DNA from: Tubiluchus corallicola
Taxonomy: Eukaryota > Animalia > Priapulida
DNA: 64,000 nucleotides
Assembly (NCBI GenBank): GCA_030141605.1
Contig: JAQGDQ010000147.1
Location: 186,001-250,000 of the forward strand
Direction: 5' to 3'
Part shown: piece after piece, positions 24,711 to 38,300 of the stretch
Position numbering within the stretch: the first letter of the stretch is position 1
Layout: every line of letters begins with the position of its first letter
Notes under the pieces: model-generated
Seen by the model: only the letters and a program-made list of their open reading frames with translations
Told to the model about the DNA's origin: nothing
The model's database searches: none
Position numbers and translations under genes: made by a program

Positions 24711-26331
24711 TGATTTTTTGAGATTCTTATTTATTATATAACGTGGTCCAATTTTAATTCTGCAGTGTGAAATTTTTATTGCAAACATTTTACTGCAATT
24801 TTACTACATTTGAAGAGTGCCACAGTTCACGAACTCGCTTGGTAAGTAGAGCTAAGGTTTGTGTATTTGTGGATACATGCTGCTCTGGGCAATATATATG
24901 CATACTTGTTTATTAATCTCTGCTCGCATGTCCACATTAATGTTCTATGCTTGAAATTTTTATTTAGTAGGTACTGCAATAAATGCACACTCAATTGGTA
25001 AATAGGATTAGTTGTTATTCCTTATAGCAGGTTGCTCCCACTGTCGTTCCTTAAGTCGACATAGTTTTCTGGATAATTTGCCCATTGTTTATTCAGAAGT
25101 TGTTTTTTACTTCCTCCATTGTGTTTGTTTTCACTAAGTGAGATGTCAGCTCATACCACGTCCATTATTTAAAGAGAAACATTGACTGCTTAGCACCCTT
25201 GCATTTCTTTTTTTCATAGTTGTGAGTTCTGGTAAAAATTGTTGCATTAATTTATGTTTAGGACGACAATGCACTGCAGAGAACAAACAGTAAAAAATTC
25301 CTCATCTAGAATACCCAAAGTTTCCAAAAAGATTTAATTTTTATGTCCATAAATTGTTCAAAAGCAGGAAAGAGAGATTACGTGCTTAACTTAAAGCACA
25401 CACTAGGAACAAAAGGAACACACTACGTTATGACATTGCCACGGTATTATTTCTGGAGTATGTCCACGGTCATCTGAGGAGTTCTCAAATAGAAATGTGG
25501 ATTGAAGTTAGAAACTTTTAAAGACCATCTGTCTGTTGTAATGAGCAAAAGATTGTTTATAGTTCGCATGATTAAGTTTTCTAAGTGACAAGTGAATAAA
25601 CAACTTAAAATAAAATGCCTAAAGAGTCAGCCTATTTTCTAAAAATTAACTCAGCTCCATTAAAAACCCTAAAATATAGACTCACTGACTTCTTATGTGT
25701 AATCACAGTGAAACTATTCTATTAAACTAAAATGAATAGATAAAGTAAAAACAAACTGATCAGAATAAGTTCTAGATGTTGTAGAATATAGAGCATAGCT
25801 TAAAATCATTTTTAACGTCTATTATGATTATTGTTTGCCTAGAATCCTTAACAAGTAGCCAAATTATTTATTAACTATATGGTTTGTAGTGATACTCTCT
25901 TTGAGCGGTATCATTGTAAGTCTTGGCAGTTTACCTCATAGAGGGAGGATATGTATATGTAGAGAGAGAGAGAGAGAATTCTGCATATATACACTGAGAA
26001 ACCCCTGCCTGCTCTCTGGCTAAATTTAGTGGCTTATCCTTGATTATAAGCGAGCCTATAGAAAATAGGAGTTAGGTGTATAAAGAAATATATGTATTAA
26101 CATTGATTAGTTTTTGAGTGTGATCCTACATGTGTGCATATTGTACAGTTTTGTATTAACTTACATTGTACACAGTGTCTCAGTCTTTTTTCTTCCCTAA
26201 CTCCTTCCTTACCTAACCCATCATTTATCTTTTGGTATATAAATTGTACATTAAGCAAATAGGAAAAAATGGTATAAGTAAAATTGTTTTCAGATAGATT
26301 CTTCTGTAAAGGCCACTAACACTTGGTAGTG

Positions 26332-29300
26332 ATGGCAGGTCGTCCACCATTTGTGTATCAGAATTCCATAGATTTTGTCATAGATGGTAAGTGTGATATC
26401 AAATGTATAAATATTGTGATACCTTAATGAAACAAATTTAATTTTACACTTCTTACAATTTGTACTTAGCCTACTATTTAGTGTTTATTCAGTGTGAGCA
26501 CTTTTTTGGTAATTTCCAGAATATAATGAATATATATGTTCTTCAGTTTTTTACTGTAATAATTAAATAAAGTAAGATTAATGTAAAGTAACAGTTAGAC
26601 AAATTGTATATGGTGTGTTACCAAAAGAGAAAGTCTACTTAAACGTTTATGTTAATGTTAACTGACAGTTTTAAAATTGGTTTCATTAACTGCATGAATA
26701 CAGTGCAGTATTTGAATGTAGACTGCATGTTCTAAAGTTGTCATGTAGTAGTCTTTTTTTAAAGAAAATCACCCTGACTAGCTGTTTGCCAGATACAGCT
26801 GAGTTTCATTGCTGTTTGCTGTTCATATTCTTAGGTCTTTGTCATTAGGTTATTGACAGTTGAAGGTAGCCACTAAGTACTAGTGGCCTACTTTTGAGTG
26901 AGCTAGTTGATGTGGTTTGTGTAAACAAGCCAGCACTTAGTGGTCAATGACAATAGAGAATCAGATGAAAGGCCCTGCTTTAATACTAATTGGATAACCT
27001 TCTTTGAAAGCTTATTTCATAATTAGAGCAATAAAATAATTTTTTAAATTTGAAATATTTATGAATTTGTTATAAAAAGGACTTTTGAATAACTGGTCAT
27101 ATTGTTAGGCCAAACAATTTAACTTTAATTTAATTTGACAATATGTCTAGGTTTACACTTTTGAACTCATTTGTTTTCACATTCTAATGTTGAATTTGGA
27201 AAATATATGACATAAAGCTTATTGTAGCCATTTTATTTTTGCATACTTTAAGCCTTTAATAGTTTCTGATTGGCTTGGCTGTTGAATTTGCTGAATTGTT
27301 TACTGTGTCCAACATTTTCAGAATTCACTAGCTTGAATATTGCATAAGCTATCATGTTTAGAATTTCAAGAGCAAGAGAACATGGAAGTAATAAGAATTT
27401 TTTTCTCCAAACTTGTTTTATGGTGTGCTGGGCATCAGTTGATTTATGGTGGTGGAATGCAGCTGGCATGTCATGTTAAAATGTTTACAATAAAAACGTT
27501 GATTTTGGCCAGGTTCCTGAAAAATGTTTGGGGTAATAGATGTGCAAGATGTTTTAGTCAAAATGTATCTACTGTATCTGTTGATGTCATTTCAGGCTAG
27601 CACATAGGGTAGTTGACAAATGCTACATTTCAACTGATTTTTAAACACGGAAGAGTATTCTGCTTTTAGATGAATACCCAATGGCTATTGACTTTTAAAC
27701 ACAGATAACTCCTTAACTGTTACTATGACAATGTGTTTCATTTCAAGGGTTGTGACATTTTGACAGCAGGACAATCCGATATACAGTTATAGTAGATAAA
27801 AAAATGTATATATTTTAACAAATTCGTCAAGGTGCATAATTTATCAATAACCATTTTTTTCTGTTTAATTATATGGCAGGTTAGTTAAGTGTACCCCTAA
27901 CTGCTCAAAAATGTCTACATTGCAGTGGACAATGAACAGCATTTATATTGATGTTACCAAGTGAAGTAACAATATCAAAATTATTTATTGTTGTACTGCT
28001 GTAACTAACTGCTGAAGGCAACGCTAGCTGTATTAATAACATAATACATATTTAAACATATTTTTTGTTCATAAATGTTTCAGTTCTAAAAAGTAGCAAG
28101 GACGATGTTTGGCTACTGGCACACTCCAGTATGGAAAAGTTAGCGGAGAAGATTGTGGAGCGATGTTCAAGTTTCGATCCCCAAACTAAACATGTTTGTA
28201 TTGATTTTTGTTTGGTGTTGTGCTTCTTTGTTAATGTAACTAAGCATTTAGATTTAGAAACCCGTATCTTTAATTTATTGGCTAAGGCAGTATACTTTTG
28301 TTTTAATAAGTTACACTCCAGAGATTGCTGTGTAGATGAACTGTGTAGATCTTGACTGCAACAGAAAACATTCAAGCATTCACAGGAGGAATAAGGTTTC
28401 TTTGACCTACCGACACTTTTTTTATTAATTTCTGTTGGGTAACTAGGTCAATCTGTGCAAAGATTAGGAACTAGTTATGTGCTACACGTTGAATATTGCC
28501 GTAATTTTGTAAGAAAGCTTTTCAAGGTCACAGCCCCACCTTTTTGGTTTATTCGGTTTAAGAGTCATTCCGTGAGAAAATCAGCAAAATAGTGGAAGGT
28601 GACAAATCACCGATTTTGTTCATATTCACAGGGTTTGATGGTCCCCTCAGATGTACCCCACAGCCAAAATATTAGATTTCAGAAATGAGCCGTTTCTGAG
28701 AAAAGCCGCCATTTTGATTTTTTTCGGATTTTGGCCATTTTGGCGTAAAAAATTGCCCAGTATTTCTCACGTTATTACAGACAGTAAATGAGCGATCCAG
28801 CACTAGTTAATTGGTGATATATATAGTAGGGGTCTTACCCTACCGTACCATTATCGTTGCCAAATTGAACCTCCTTTTCAGTTGGCGTCATCAGATTGCA
28901 AAAGATACGTGTCTGCTGCTGCTGAATTTAGACGCCATTTTGAAATCCCCATAACTCCACTGGGGCGGGTATTGGGGGACTAATCAATATGTTTTTATTT
29001 GCAGCTTGACTAGTCCTACAAATGCATGAAATAAAATTTTGGCCAGCGATCTCCCAAGAGTCCAGAATTTTTAGCCAAAGTTGCTCTTTTTTGCCATTTT
29101 CACAACCTTGACCTATATTTAGCTATTCGCTTTGGATGACGGTGTTGCCATTAGAATTGATACAAAGTGCAGCAACGTCAATGTTTATAGGAGTAATGGA
29201 CTGGCTTTAGATGTCTGGGCACTCCTAGCAACCAGGCCCCTCATCAGGGGGCCGCATTCCCTTCGAAGGGCCCCTGTGACGATTACAACATAGTGATTTT

Positions 29301-32300
29301 TATAATCTGTATAAAACACGGAATAGTTTCATGTACATAATAACAGTTTCGTGTACAAGTGCTCGGGCTATATACCTATGGCCCGTGGATCAATACGGGG
29401 GCCTCGGGAGGGCCCCACTGTCTTGACTGAAAAATAGACTTTAGTCAAAAAGGTTTAGTGTCGCTTTGCTAAACAAGATTCTAAAGTAAGGCGAGGCAAG
29501 GCACTATTTGTGAAATTGTGTTGAAACCGCCGCGAGCATCGAATATAACATGTTGCGAGCCAATTTTATAACGCGCACAGCTTTGTGTGGTCTTGTATTC
29601 AACAGGCGAATAGTTGTCAGTCCCTGATATTTTTCCTCAAATCAATTCGAGTTAATAGTTAGTTAGTTACTAATACCTTGGTGTGGCAACTTTGGCAGCT
29701 TCGACAAGCAGACTTCTGCTTACTAACAACGGGCATTAACAAAAAAACTGGTTAAGAAACGCAGCAAAGGCCAGTACGACCCTGCCTCGGCCGTTACATA
29801 CTAATTCCGACTCTGTGCAACGTATGTTTCAAGCCATTCGCTCATATTGTATTTAACCGCCAGGTTTCCACCGTCTCGTAAAGATATACGCATATACACC
29901 GACTACCATATTCAACTAAACTCTAACGAGAATCAGGGCGCTGACGCTTATAATCGCAAATTTTCAAAATAACAAAAAGGCAACAACAAATTCTTTACGT
30001 CCACGACTATTTTTTATTCGCTAATATTCAATGAAAAGTCGCACTATAGTAAATAATAATAAGCTAATAATTGATAATACATACAGTAAGCTGCTACTAT
30101 GTGTTGCTATTGTAACCTCCTTATCAAAAGAGACACAGAGAGACAGAGAGAGTCACAGAGAGACAGAGAGAGTCACAGAGAGACAGAGAGAGACACATAG
30201 AGACAGAGAGAGACACACAGAGACAGAGAGAGACACAGAGAGACACAGAGAGACACAGAGAGAGACACAGAGAGACAGAGAGAGACACAGAGAGAGAGAG
30301 ACAGAGAGAGAGACAGATGGAGACACAGAGAGACAGACAGAGACAGAGAGAGAGAGAGACACAGAGACAGAGAGAAACACAGAGAGACAGAGAGAGACAC
30401 AGAGAGACAGACAGAGACACAAAGAGACATAGAGAGACACAGAGACACAGAGAGACAGAGAGCGACACAGAGAGACAGAGAGACACACAGAGAGACAGAG
30501 AGAGACACACACAGAGAGAGAGACAGAGAGAGACACAGAGAGACAGAGAGAGACACAGAGAGACAGAGAGAGACACACAGAGATAGAGAGACACAGAGAG
30601 ACACAGAGAGACAGACAGAGACAGAGAGACAGACAGAGACACAGAGAGACAGACAGAGACACAAAGAGACACAAAGAGACTCAGAGAGACACAAAGAGAC
30701 AGAGAGAGACGGAGAGAGACACAGAGAGACAGAGAGAGGCACAGAGACACAAAGAGAGACACAGAGAGACAGAGAGCGACACAGAGAGACAGAGAGAGAC
30801 ACACACAGAGAGAGAAACACAGAGAGACAGAGAGAGACACAGAGAGACAGAGAGAGACACAGAGACACAGAGAGGGACACAGAAAGACAGAGAGACAGAC
30901 AGAGACAGAGAGAGAGAGAGACAGACAGAAACAGAGAGAGAGACACACACAGAGAGAGACATGGAGAGACAGAGAGAGACACAGAGAGACAGAGAGAGAC
31001 ACAGAGAGACAGAGACAGACACAGAGAGACACAGAGAGACACACAGAGAGAGAGAGAGAGACACAGAGAGAGACAAAGGGAGACAGAGACAGAGAGAGAC
31101 ACAGAGAGACAGAGAGATCCAGAGTGAGACACAGAGAGATAGAGAGAGACACAGAGAGAGACACGGAGAGACACAGAGAGAGACAGACAGAAACACAGAG
31201 AGACAGAAACTGTAATTTATCGTTTCTTTTTGAAATTTTCATTTTTTTTGTTCAGAATTATGAATAATTCGTACTAATTTTTTCCTATTTAGGTCACATT
31301 CAAGATTGAATCTCGTCAATTTATGGACGAGCTGGCCAAAATTTTATTAATGATCTAAGTATGCCTGGTCAAGCTGTAAATAAACATATATTAATTATAC
31401 TTCAAATACCCGCCCCAGTGGAGTTATGAGAATTTTAAAACAGGGTGTCATTCAGACTGTAGCAGACACGCATCTTTCATGAGCTCATGATACCTGCTGA
31501 AAGAGAATCTCAATTCATCAAACTCAATGTGGCAATAGGGCAAGACCCCTACTATATATACCACCCAGCAACTAGTCCTGGATCATTCATTTACTGCCTG
31601 TAATGATGTGACAAATATAGGTCATTTTTTACGTCAAAATGGCCAAAATCCGAAAAAAAATCAAAATGGCGGCCTATCTCCGAAACGGCTCATTTTTGAT
31701 ATCTAATATTTTGGCTGTGGGGTACATCTGAGGGGATCATCCAACCCTGTGAATATGAACAAAATCGGTGATTTGTCACCTTCCACTATTTTTTGACTTT
31801 TGCATGGTTTTCTCGCGGAATGACTCTTAACATCTTAGTAAGATCATTTGTTAGTGCCCCATAAAGATACTTCTTTATTCGGTATAAACATCTTAGTAAG
31901 ATCATTTGGATGTTACTGCCTCATGAAGATACTTCTTTATGTGATCCAATCTTCTACTTTTGTATTTCGTCCTCCTTTTGTTTGCTAATGGTAGAGCATC
32001 AGGTATTTATAAGGCATTTTTCAGGCACAAGCTTTAAAACACAAACTTGTAAGAAGTTAACAGGAATTAATTACTATAAAATTACTAAGAAATAATTTAA
32101 TTACTAATTAATAATTTTATATAAGTGTTAAACTCACGAGCTGTTTTATTGGGCACTATGGCCACTTGAGAATGTGTTTTCATTTTTCTCTACAGTAAAG
32201 TAATTATTATTCTACCCCAAATCTGTACCCTGGATAAAATGTTGGCTGTTCCAGCTATGAACTTCTCTATTTACTTAACAACATGTAGTACCTGCTGCTT

Positions 32301-35300
32301 GACTTCACCTTGAACTCTGGGTAACTAACTTCTGTTTTTACAAGTTTTTCTACTATTTGCCATGAGTTTGAAGCGTGCTCAGTTACTGTGCAGGCCCTTG
32401 GGCTGTTGTTTACAGGCCACGTGCATAGTGCTTCATTTAGGAGAACGATATCAGTATTGTGAGGCTGCCTTATGCACGTTTGAAGTTTGGCCTGTAACTG
32501 TAAAATATAATACAGTGTTCCCGCGTGGAAGCGCAACAGTATCTGTATCAATTAGTCAAAAATTAATAAAGTGAAAGTGGTCATAAAGCTTTCATGGCCC
32601 AACTAGTACATGCATTTTTGAAGTTGTCAAAAGTCCTTTATTACTGAATCACTTGGCTCACTGTTTTTTTTTCTATTTTAGCTAGGATTTGGTTGTGATC
32701 TTGCTTCCATCCACCTCTACAGTTTCAATGAGAGAGAGAGGAGGAACGAGAGGGAGGGAGGGGAGAGAGAGATAGAGACAGAGAGAGAAAGAGAGAGAGA
32801 GAGAGGGGATGGAGGGAGAGGGTAAAACATTCATTAACTTCCTTGCGTTATCAAGAACAGTTGAAAAAATTTTTATGTCCATATTTAAATTAAGTTTCGA
32901 ATTTACAGTGATTGACTTACTGTAGTAGACAAGCATACATATTCCGATCTTGTTACTCTTTGCAACTGGTTTTAAAGTGTCATTTCTTTTTTGTAGAAGT
33001 TGGACATAGATGTAAATGATAGACATAGACACAGATATATCTGTTTAATCATCTAGCTTCTACTTACACGCTGCCTTAGATTAGATTTCTTGTTTTTTTG
33101 TGCATTAAGCACTTTTGTGAGGAACAGCCCTTAGCAGCGCAACAGCATTAGGTCAAGCTTTGAAATCTGCATTTTATGTAGGCCACCTGTTTTCAGTTTT
33201 CCTTTTCGCATATGTATGTTGGAGGTTGATACTGCTTTTATAAGTATGTTACTATATGTATTTGCTTTTATAAGTATGTTACTATATGTATTTCAATTAG
33301 AGTTTTGTCAGAGATTTTTCAAATGCACACTACCCTTTTCCAAATTGTGTGGCTTCTATACACTTTAATTTCCTCATTTATATAAGTTCACTGGGTTTCC
33401 TATTTGAGCCTTTAATTAAGGCCTGACAATTCTCAGAGTTTTCGCCTGAGCTAGATTTATTATTCTGTCTTGTTGACGGAGTTACGAAAGCTTTGAGGAG
33501 GCTGACATTGACTTGCAGGTGCCTGCACTGTTTTGCGTGAATTCCCAAAATTTCTGTTCTGGCTGTTTTTGTTTACACATGGTTTCTTGTTGACCCCTTG
33601 TTCAGCTGCCAATTCAATTCACATGGCTTCCTCTTGACTTTAACTGCCAGTTTACTCACTGCTGCTCTGTCCTGGTTAAAATTAATGCCTGGTGGCTGGT
33701 AGGTTAAACGTGCAGGCAGTCAGTGAGGGATGTAAACAGCAAAGTAGGACGCATTTCTTTTTAGTTTATACTTGTGTACAGTATGTCCTAACTCCTATAC
33801 ATGACACACATCCATGCATGTAAGCGTGGTATGTGTGACTGTCTTAAGCTAGATGGTAGTTAGCAAAAAATAGCAATTTGGACTTACAAATTTAAAAAAC
33901 CTTTTGGTAAATGCAGCAATTAGTAATATCATCTCCATGTGCAATGTATAAATATAATTGCCTTCGTGAAAAATTGTTATTGATCGGTTCTATTTTCACA
34001 GGTGCCCTGTTGATTAGTCTGCTGTTTGTTTAAACTGTTTTAACGGGCTTTTGTAATGATTTATTTATTTACTGTGTTAATAAAAATATTATGTCTACTA
34101 TCTAATTTTAAGTCATTTGATTTGAAAGATGGATAGATGTATAGATATTGACATTAACAGAAATTGTACATTTGCTAGTCTCATGCAATCAAATTTTATG
34201 CCCTTTGCAAGACATGCACAGATATAATATGTAGACATAGGCATGGACTTTTACATAATTCTAGCACATAAACATTAGACATGTATGTATATGTTCTAGT
34301 CATATATAATTTGTTTTTAGGTTATTTAAAAGACAGATAGATGCAGTCATGTATAGGCATGAATGTAGACATGGAAAGTTTTGTTTCTTCTAGTATGTAA
34401 TGAAAAAACGATGTTGGCAACATAAAATAAAAACGCTGTTAGCTGGAAAAATGTTAACTGACTGGGAGCGAATTGTATTGTTTGATGTTAGTAATTATTG
34501 TGTACCTGTTTTAACTCTCTATGGGGTCTTTTAGTTTTATAATCAAATGCACCAAAGTGACAGTACAAGCTCCATCAGTAGTCAGCAGTCACGTCAGGGG
34601 TACAGCAGCAGTGTAAGTTGAATCAATTCGGCAGCATGGCTTAAATTTGCATTGTTTCTTGTAAATGTTGCACTACTGCTAACTAATTTCATAAAATAAT
34701 GTTTGTAAAATAAATAAATTCTTCACATCATTGTCCCAATGTATATTTCTCCCATTACTAAACTATATAGATGTAAGCCTGAATCTAAAGTTCGTGTGCC
34801 AGTCCCTGCTGTAGCTAGATGTTTAATAAAACAATGACTGACACCAAAAGCATGCACATGTATAAATTTAATTACCACTTTCTGTAAGCTAATTCTTTGT
34901 ATCACTTTTTTTATTATTCTTTCATTAATTAGTTTTGACTGCGTGTGATCTGGTGCACATACAATCTAGTCAATAATCTACAATGGTCAATAATAATAAA
35001 TTTCTTCCTGTTTTTGTTTTGAAAATTGCAGTGTGTGTCACTTTTCCAATAGTACTATAAAATCTTCATAAAATCTTCATTTGCTGATACCATTGACTAC
35101 TACCACATGTTCCAGTTCCAGTTGTTATTTGCTTGTTTGGTCGTTTGTTCGTTTACCAAAGAATATTTATTTTTTCAGGATTGAATTGTCCTAACTCATC
35201 TGTGTGCCAATTAAAATTACTATGTGTTTTTTTGAGTCGCTTTAAACTTCAAAGTGGCAGAGTGGTTGCAGCACTGGTCTGTTGATCCAGAGGTTCTGAG

Positions 35301-38300
35301 TTTGAAACTCGATTGTGGTGGGATTTTTTTTTCATGGGGATCCACTTGAACTAAACTTTCTGGCCACGTTCCTAGGCCTACTCAATCTTAATTGAGTACT
35401 TCTTTGTTATGTAGTGGAGAAAAAGAGGCAATCGAGTGATGGGCTAGCCACCTGTCCTCCTTGTTTGCGGAGGCTTTGTAAATAGATTCTGTAACCATAA
35501 GTCCTTTGCTTTTTCAGGGCATGAGACAATTCTTCTTTTTCTGTGATTCAGAATAGCTTTATGTATTTGTAATATGCATGTTAAAGATCTCAACTTAATA
35601 TGTACTACATAACCTAGTAATTCTTGAAAGTTTTTGTGTATTATGGTATATGAGAATTAGAATTAGTTTTAGTGCAGTGGTTTCACAATTAAGTGTTTAC
35701 TAAATTAGCAATGAATCTAAATCTGGATTAATGTTTATTAAAATAACATACATAGTTTGCATTTTTAAAATGAACTGAGTGATATTTAAGCTAGCTGTAG
35801 TGTAATGTTTGATACATCTCATGTTCCTGTTGGTTTTATTGGTCTAATTTTGCAATACAAGTGAAATACACATGTACTTATTGGGAAACATAGAATTATT
35901 TTTGTTTGATGAGTGCATGGTAAGTGTAAATGCTTGGGGTCCAACAATAGGTGGGTAAATATCATATCATGTTTCTGTAAATTACCAGGAACTTTTTGCA
36001 TTTCAGTGTTCTTGCTGCCAAATCATGGCAAAATGCCAAACAACACTAATTTTCTGGAACTTGTTTCTTTTTTAAACTAAACAATATTAATTTTGTAGAT
36101 CCTATTTTTTTGGTATAAACTAAGGGCAGGCAAACTCAACTCGTCATACAAGACATTTTTCTGTCTAATTACAAAAATTAGTTTTTGGACCATTTTCGTG
36201 AAGTCTAGCTGCGTTAAATGTCAAATAGGATCCACGATTGCTTGATGGAATTCATTTAAAGTGAAATGAATTGCTAGGCCTCATCAGGCAAGATGAGTTA
36301 ATTAAGTAACTTTTGTTTGTGAAAATTATGATTTTTCCTCTGTGCCATTAGCTTTGCAGTACTTACAGTGTGTAACTGCAGTTTAACTTCAATTTTGCAA
36401 CATTACTAAAATTAATCAATTAATTTGAAATGGACCAAAAACTATTTGTAAGCTAAAACCTTTTTAAAAGGCTATAAGGTTATTGTTTGAATATTATAAA
36501 CAGTTGTTTTTCTTTTTAATTTTGTTCATTCAAAGTTCAGGTAACAACTATAATTCTGTTTATATATGTAATGCAGAGTTGTTAGTGAGATAATCAGTAC
36601 TAAAACATCATTACTTCTGTATGCTACTTTAGAAAAAAACAGCCTATATAACTGTGCTATGCATTCATTTCAGCAATCAACTAGGGGTGTGATATGGCTG
36701 AAGATTATCAACTGGGGTCATTTTCCCGATGGCTTTCCAAACATTTTTATTGATGAAATCAAAGAAATGGCAGGAAAAGATGGCAAGTACAAATTACATT
36801 TCATTGTCTTACACATTAATGAACAGCTTTTTGGCTAAAGAGTTTTTCGTTCTTGAATGAACTGACAGGCAGTACTACATTTACAGTGTCCCTAGAAACT
36901 CGACGCACTGGTTGTGGAGTCGGGTTTAATAAGTTTTTGGAGAAGCCTCGGTAAATATATGATCGACTGCAGCTATAGCTTAAAACAGTGTATTTTTAGG
37001 ATAATATGCAGTAGTGTTATTTCAGACAAAACTGAAACAAATTACTTCTTTCTTCATGTAATGAGAAGCCAAAGTTTGTTGTCTAAAATACTCCTTTGTT
37101 AAACAAAACTTTTGCCTTACCTCGAAGTTTTTAATATAAAATCTACCCGGACTCTGGGTTAACGCTGGTTACTAAAATGTGTAAAAGTGAGGCATCAGAC
37201 TGTCAGAGTCGTGAGTTGGAGTCAAAATTTTAAGACCTTCTGGAGTCTGAAACTGAGTCATTATCCTTTTGAGACAGAGTACATAACTTTGCTGGATGTA
37301 AGTGTTCCTTATTACACTTCACACATGTTGAAAAGGATTCAGAATAAAGTAAATGAGTCTTAAAATGGTTTATCTTGGGTCTCTCGTACCTGAAAATAAA
37401 TCTGATTTTAAAGAGACTCGATCATATTGCAGTCTGTATGTTTTTGTATTAAAGTTGTTTAAACAATTTACTATATTTTGTTTTAGTTATTTTCTTGGCA
37501 AGCTTTGATTCTCCGGGCGTCATTTTTGAGCAGCTGTCTGTTCTTTATGCAATTCCCAGGTTAGTTAAGTTTACTATAGCTGTTAATAGCTAAGTAACAT
37601 TTCATAACTTTTCAACAAATTCATTTATTAAAATGTCGACAAGGTTTCTCCGATTTTTTGCCTAAATATAAGTGCATTGACTGCTTTATTTATTAATAAT
37701 TTTTATTTTTCAACTCCAGATACCTTGCAAGGTCTTTCCATGTCATTTTGCCATATTTTCCGACTGGAACAATGGAAAGAATTGACACTGAAGGACAAAT
37801 AGCAACAGCTAAAGTAAAAGAACTTTTGATAATTGTGTTTGATAAGAGGATTTCTTTATGCAAATTTATATTGCAATGCGAGTCTTTATTGATGCACCTA
37901 AAATTTATTGATTCGTATGTTTTATTTAGACTCTAGCCACGCTTCTGTCTGCAATACCTCTCACAGCTCGTGGTCCAACGCAGATCGTTATTTTCGACAT
38001 TCATGCATTGCAAGAACGTTTCTACTTTAGCGAGAATGTCATTCCAAGGTAAGTAAGTGTGCTGTGAGATTCTCCTTGTTTTCAATAAATTTGGTTACAG
38101 GGAGTTTGGCAGTCTAAACCTGTGTAATATAGTGGAGCTTCCTATAGATTAATAATACCTAAGCTGCTTTTTGTGACTTGCAATTCAATGACAATCATTT
38201 ATTGAGTTTATTTCAGATTATGCTCAGCTATACCACTTATCAAGAGAGAACTGGACCGTATTGGTCACAGTGACTTGGCAGTTGCATTTCCAGATGATGG

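Noticed and set aside
30031-31242. Long overlapping ORFs (up to 372 aa) rich in RETQ or SLCV
   Set aside because: Stop-free translations of the GA/CA microsatellite on both strands; not genes.
31829-31945. About 60-bp tandem duplication beside the Sola3-like element (similar small duplications at 12560-12601 and 33232-33292)
   Set aside because: Ordinary local slippage duplications with no sign of function.
35254-35330. Possible tRNA gene
   Set aside because: A and B boxes are present but there is no acceptor stem or full cloverleaf, and it continues into a body shared with another copy, so it is a SINE.
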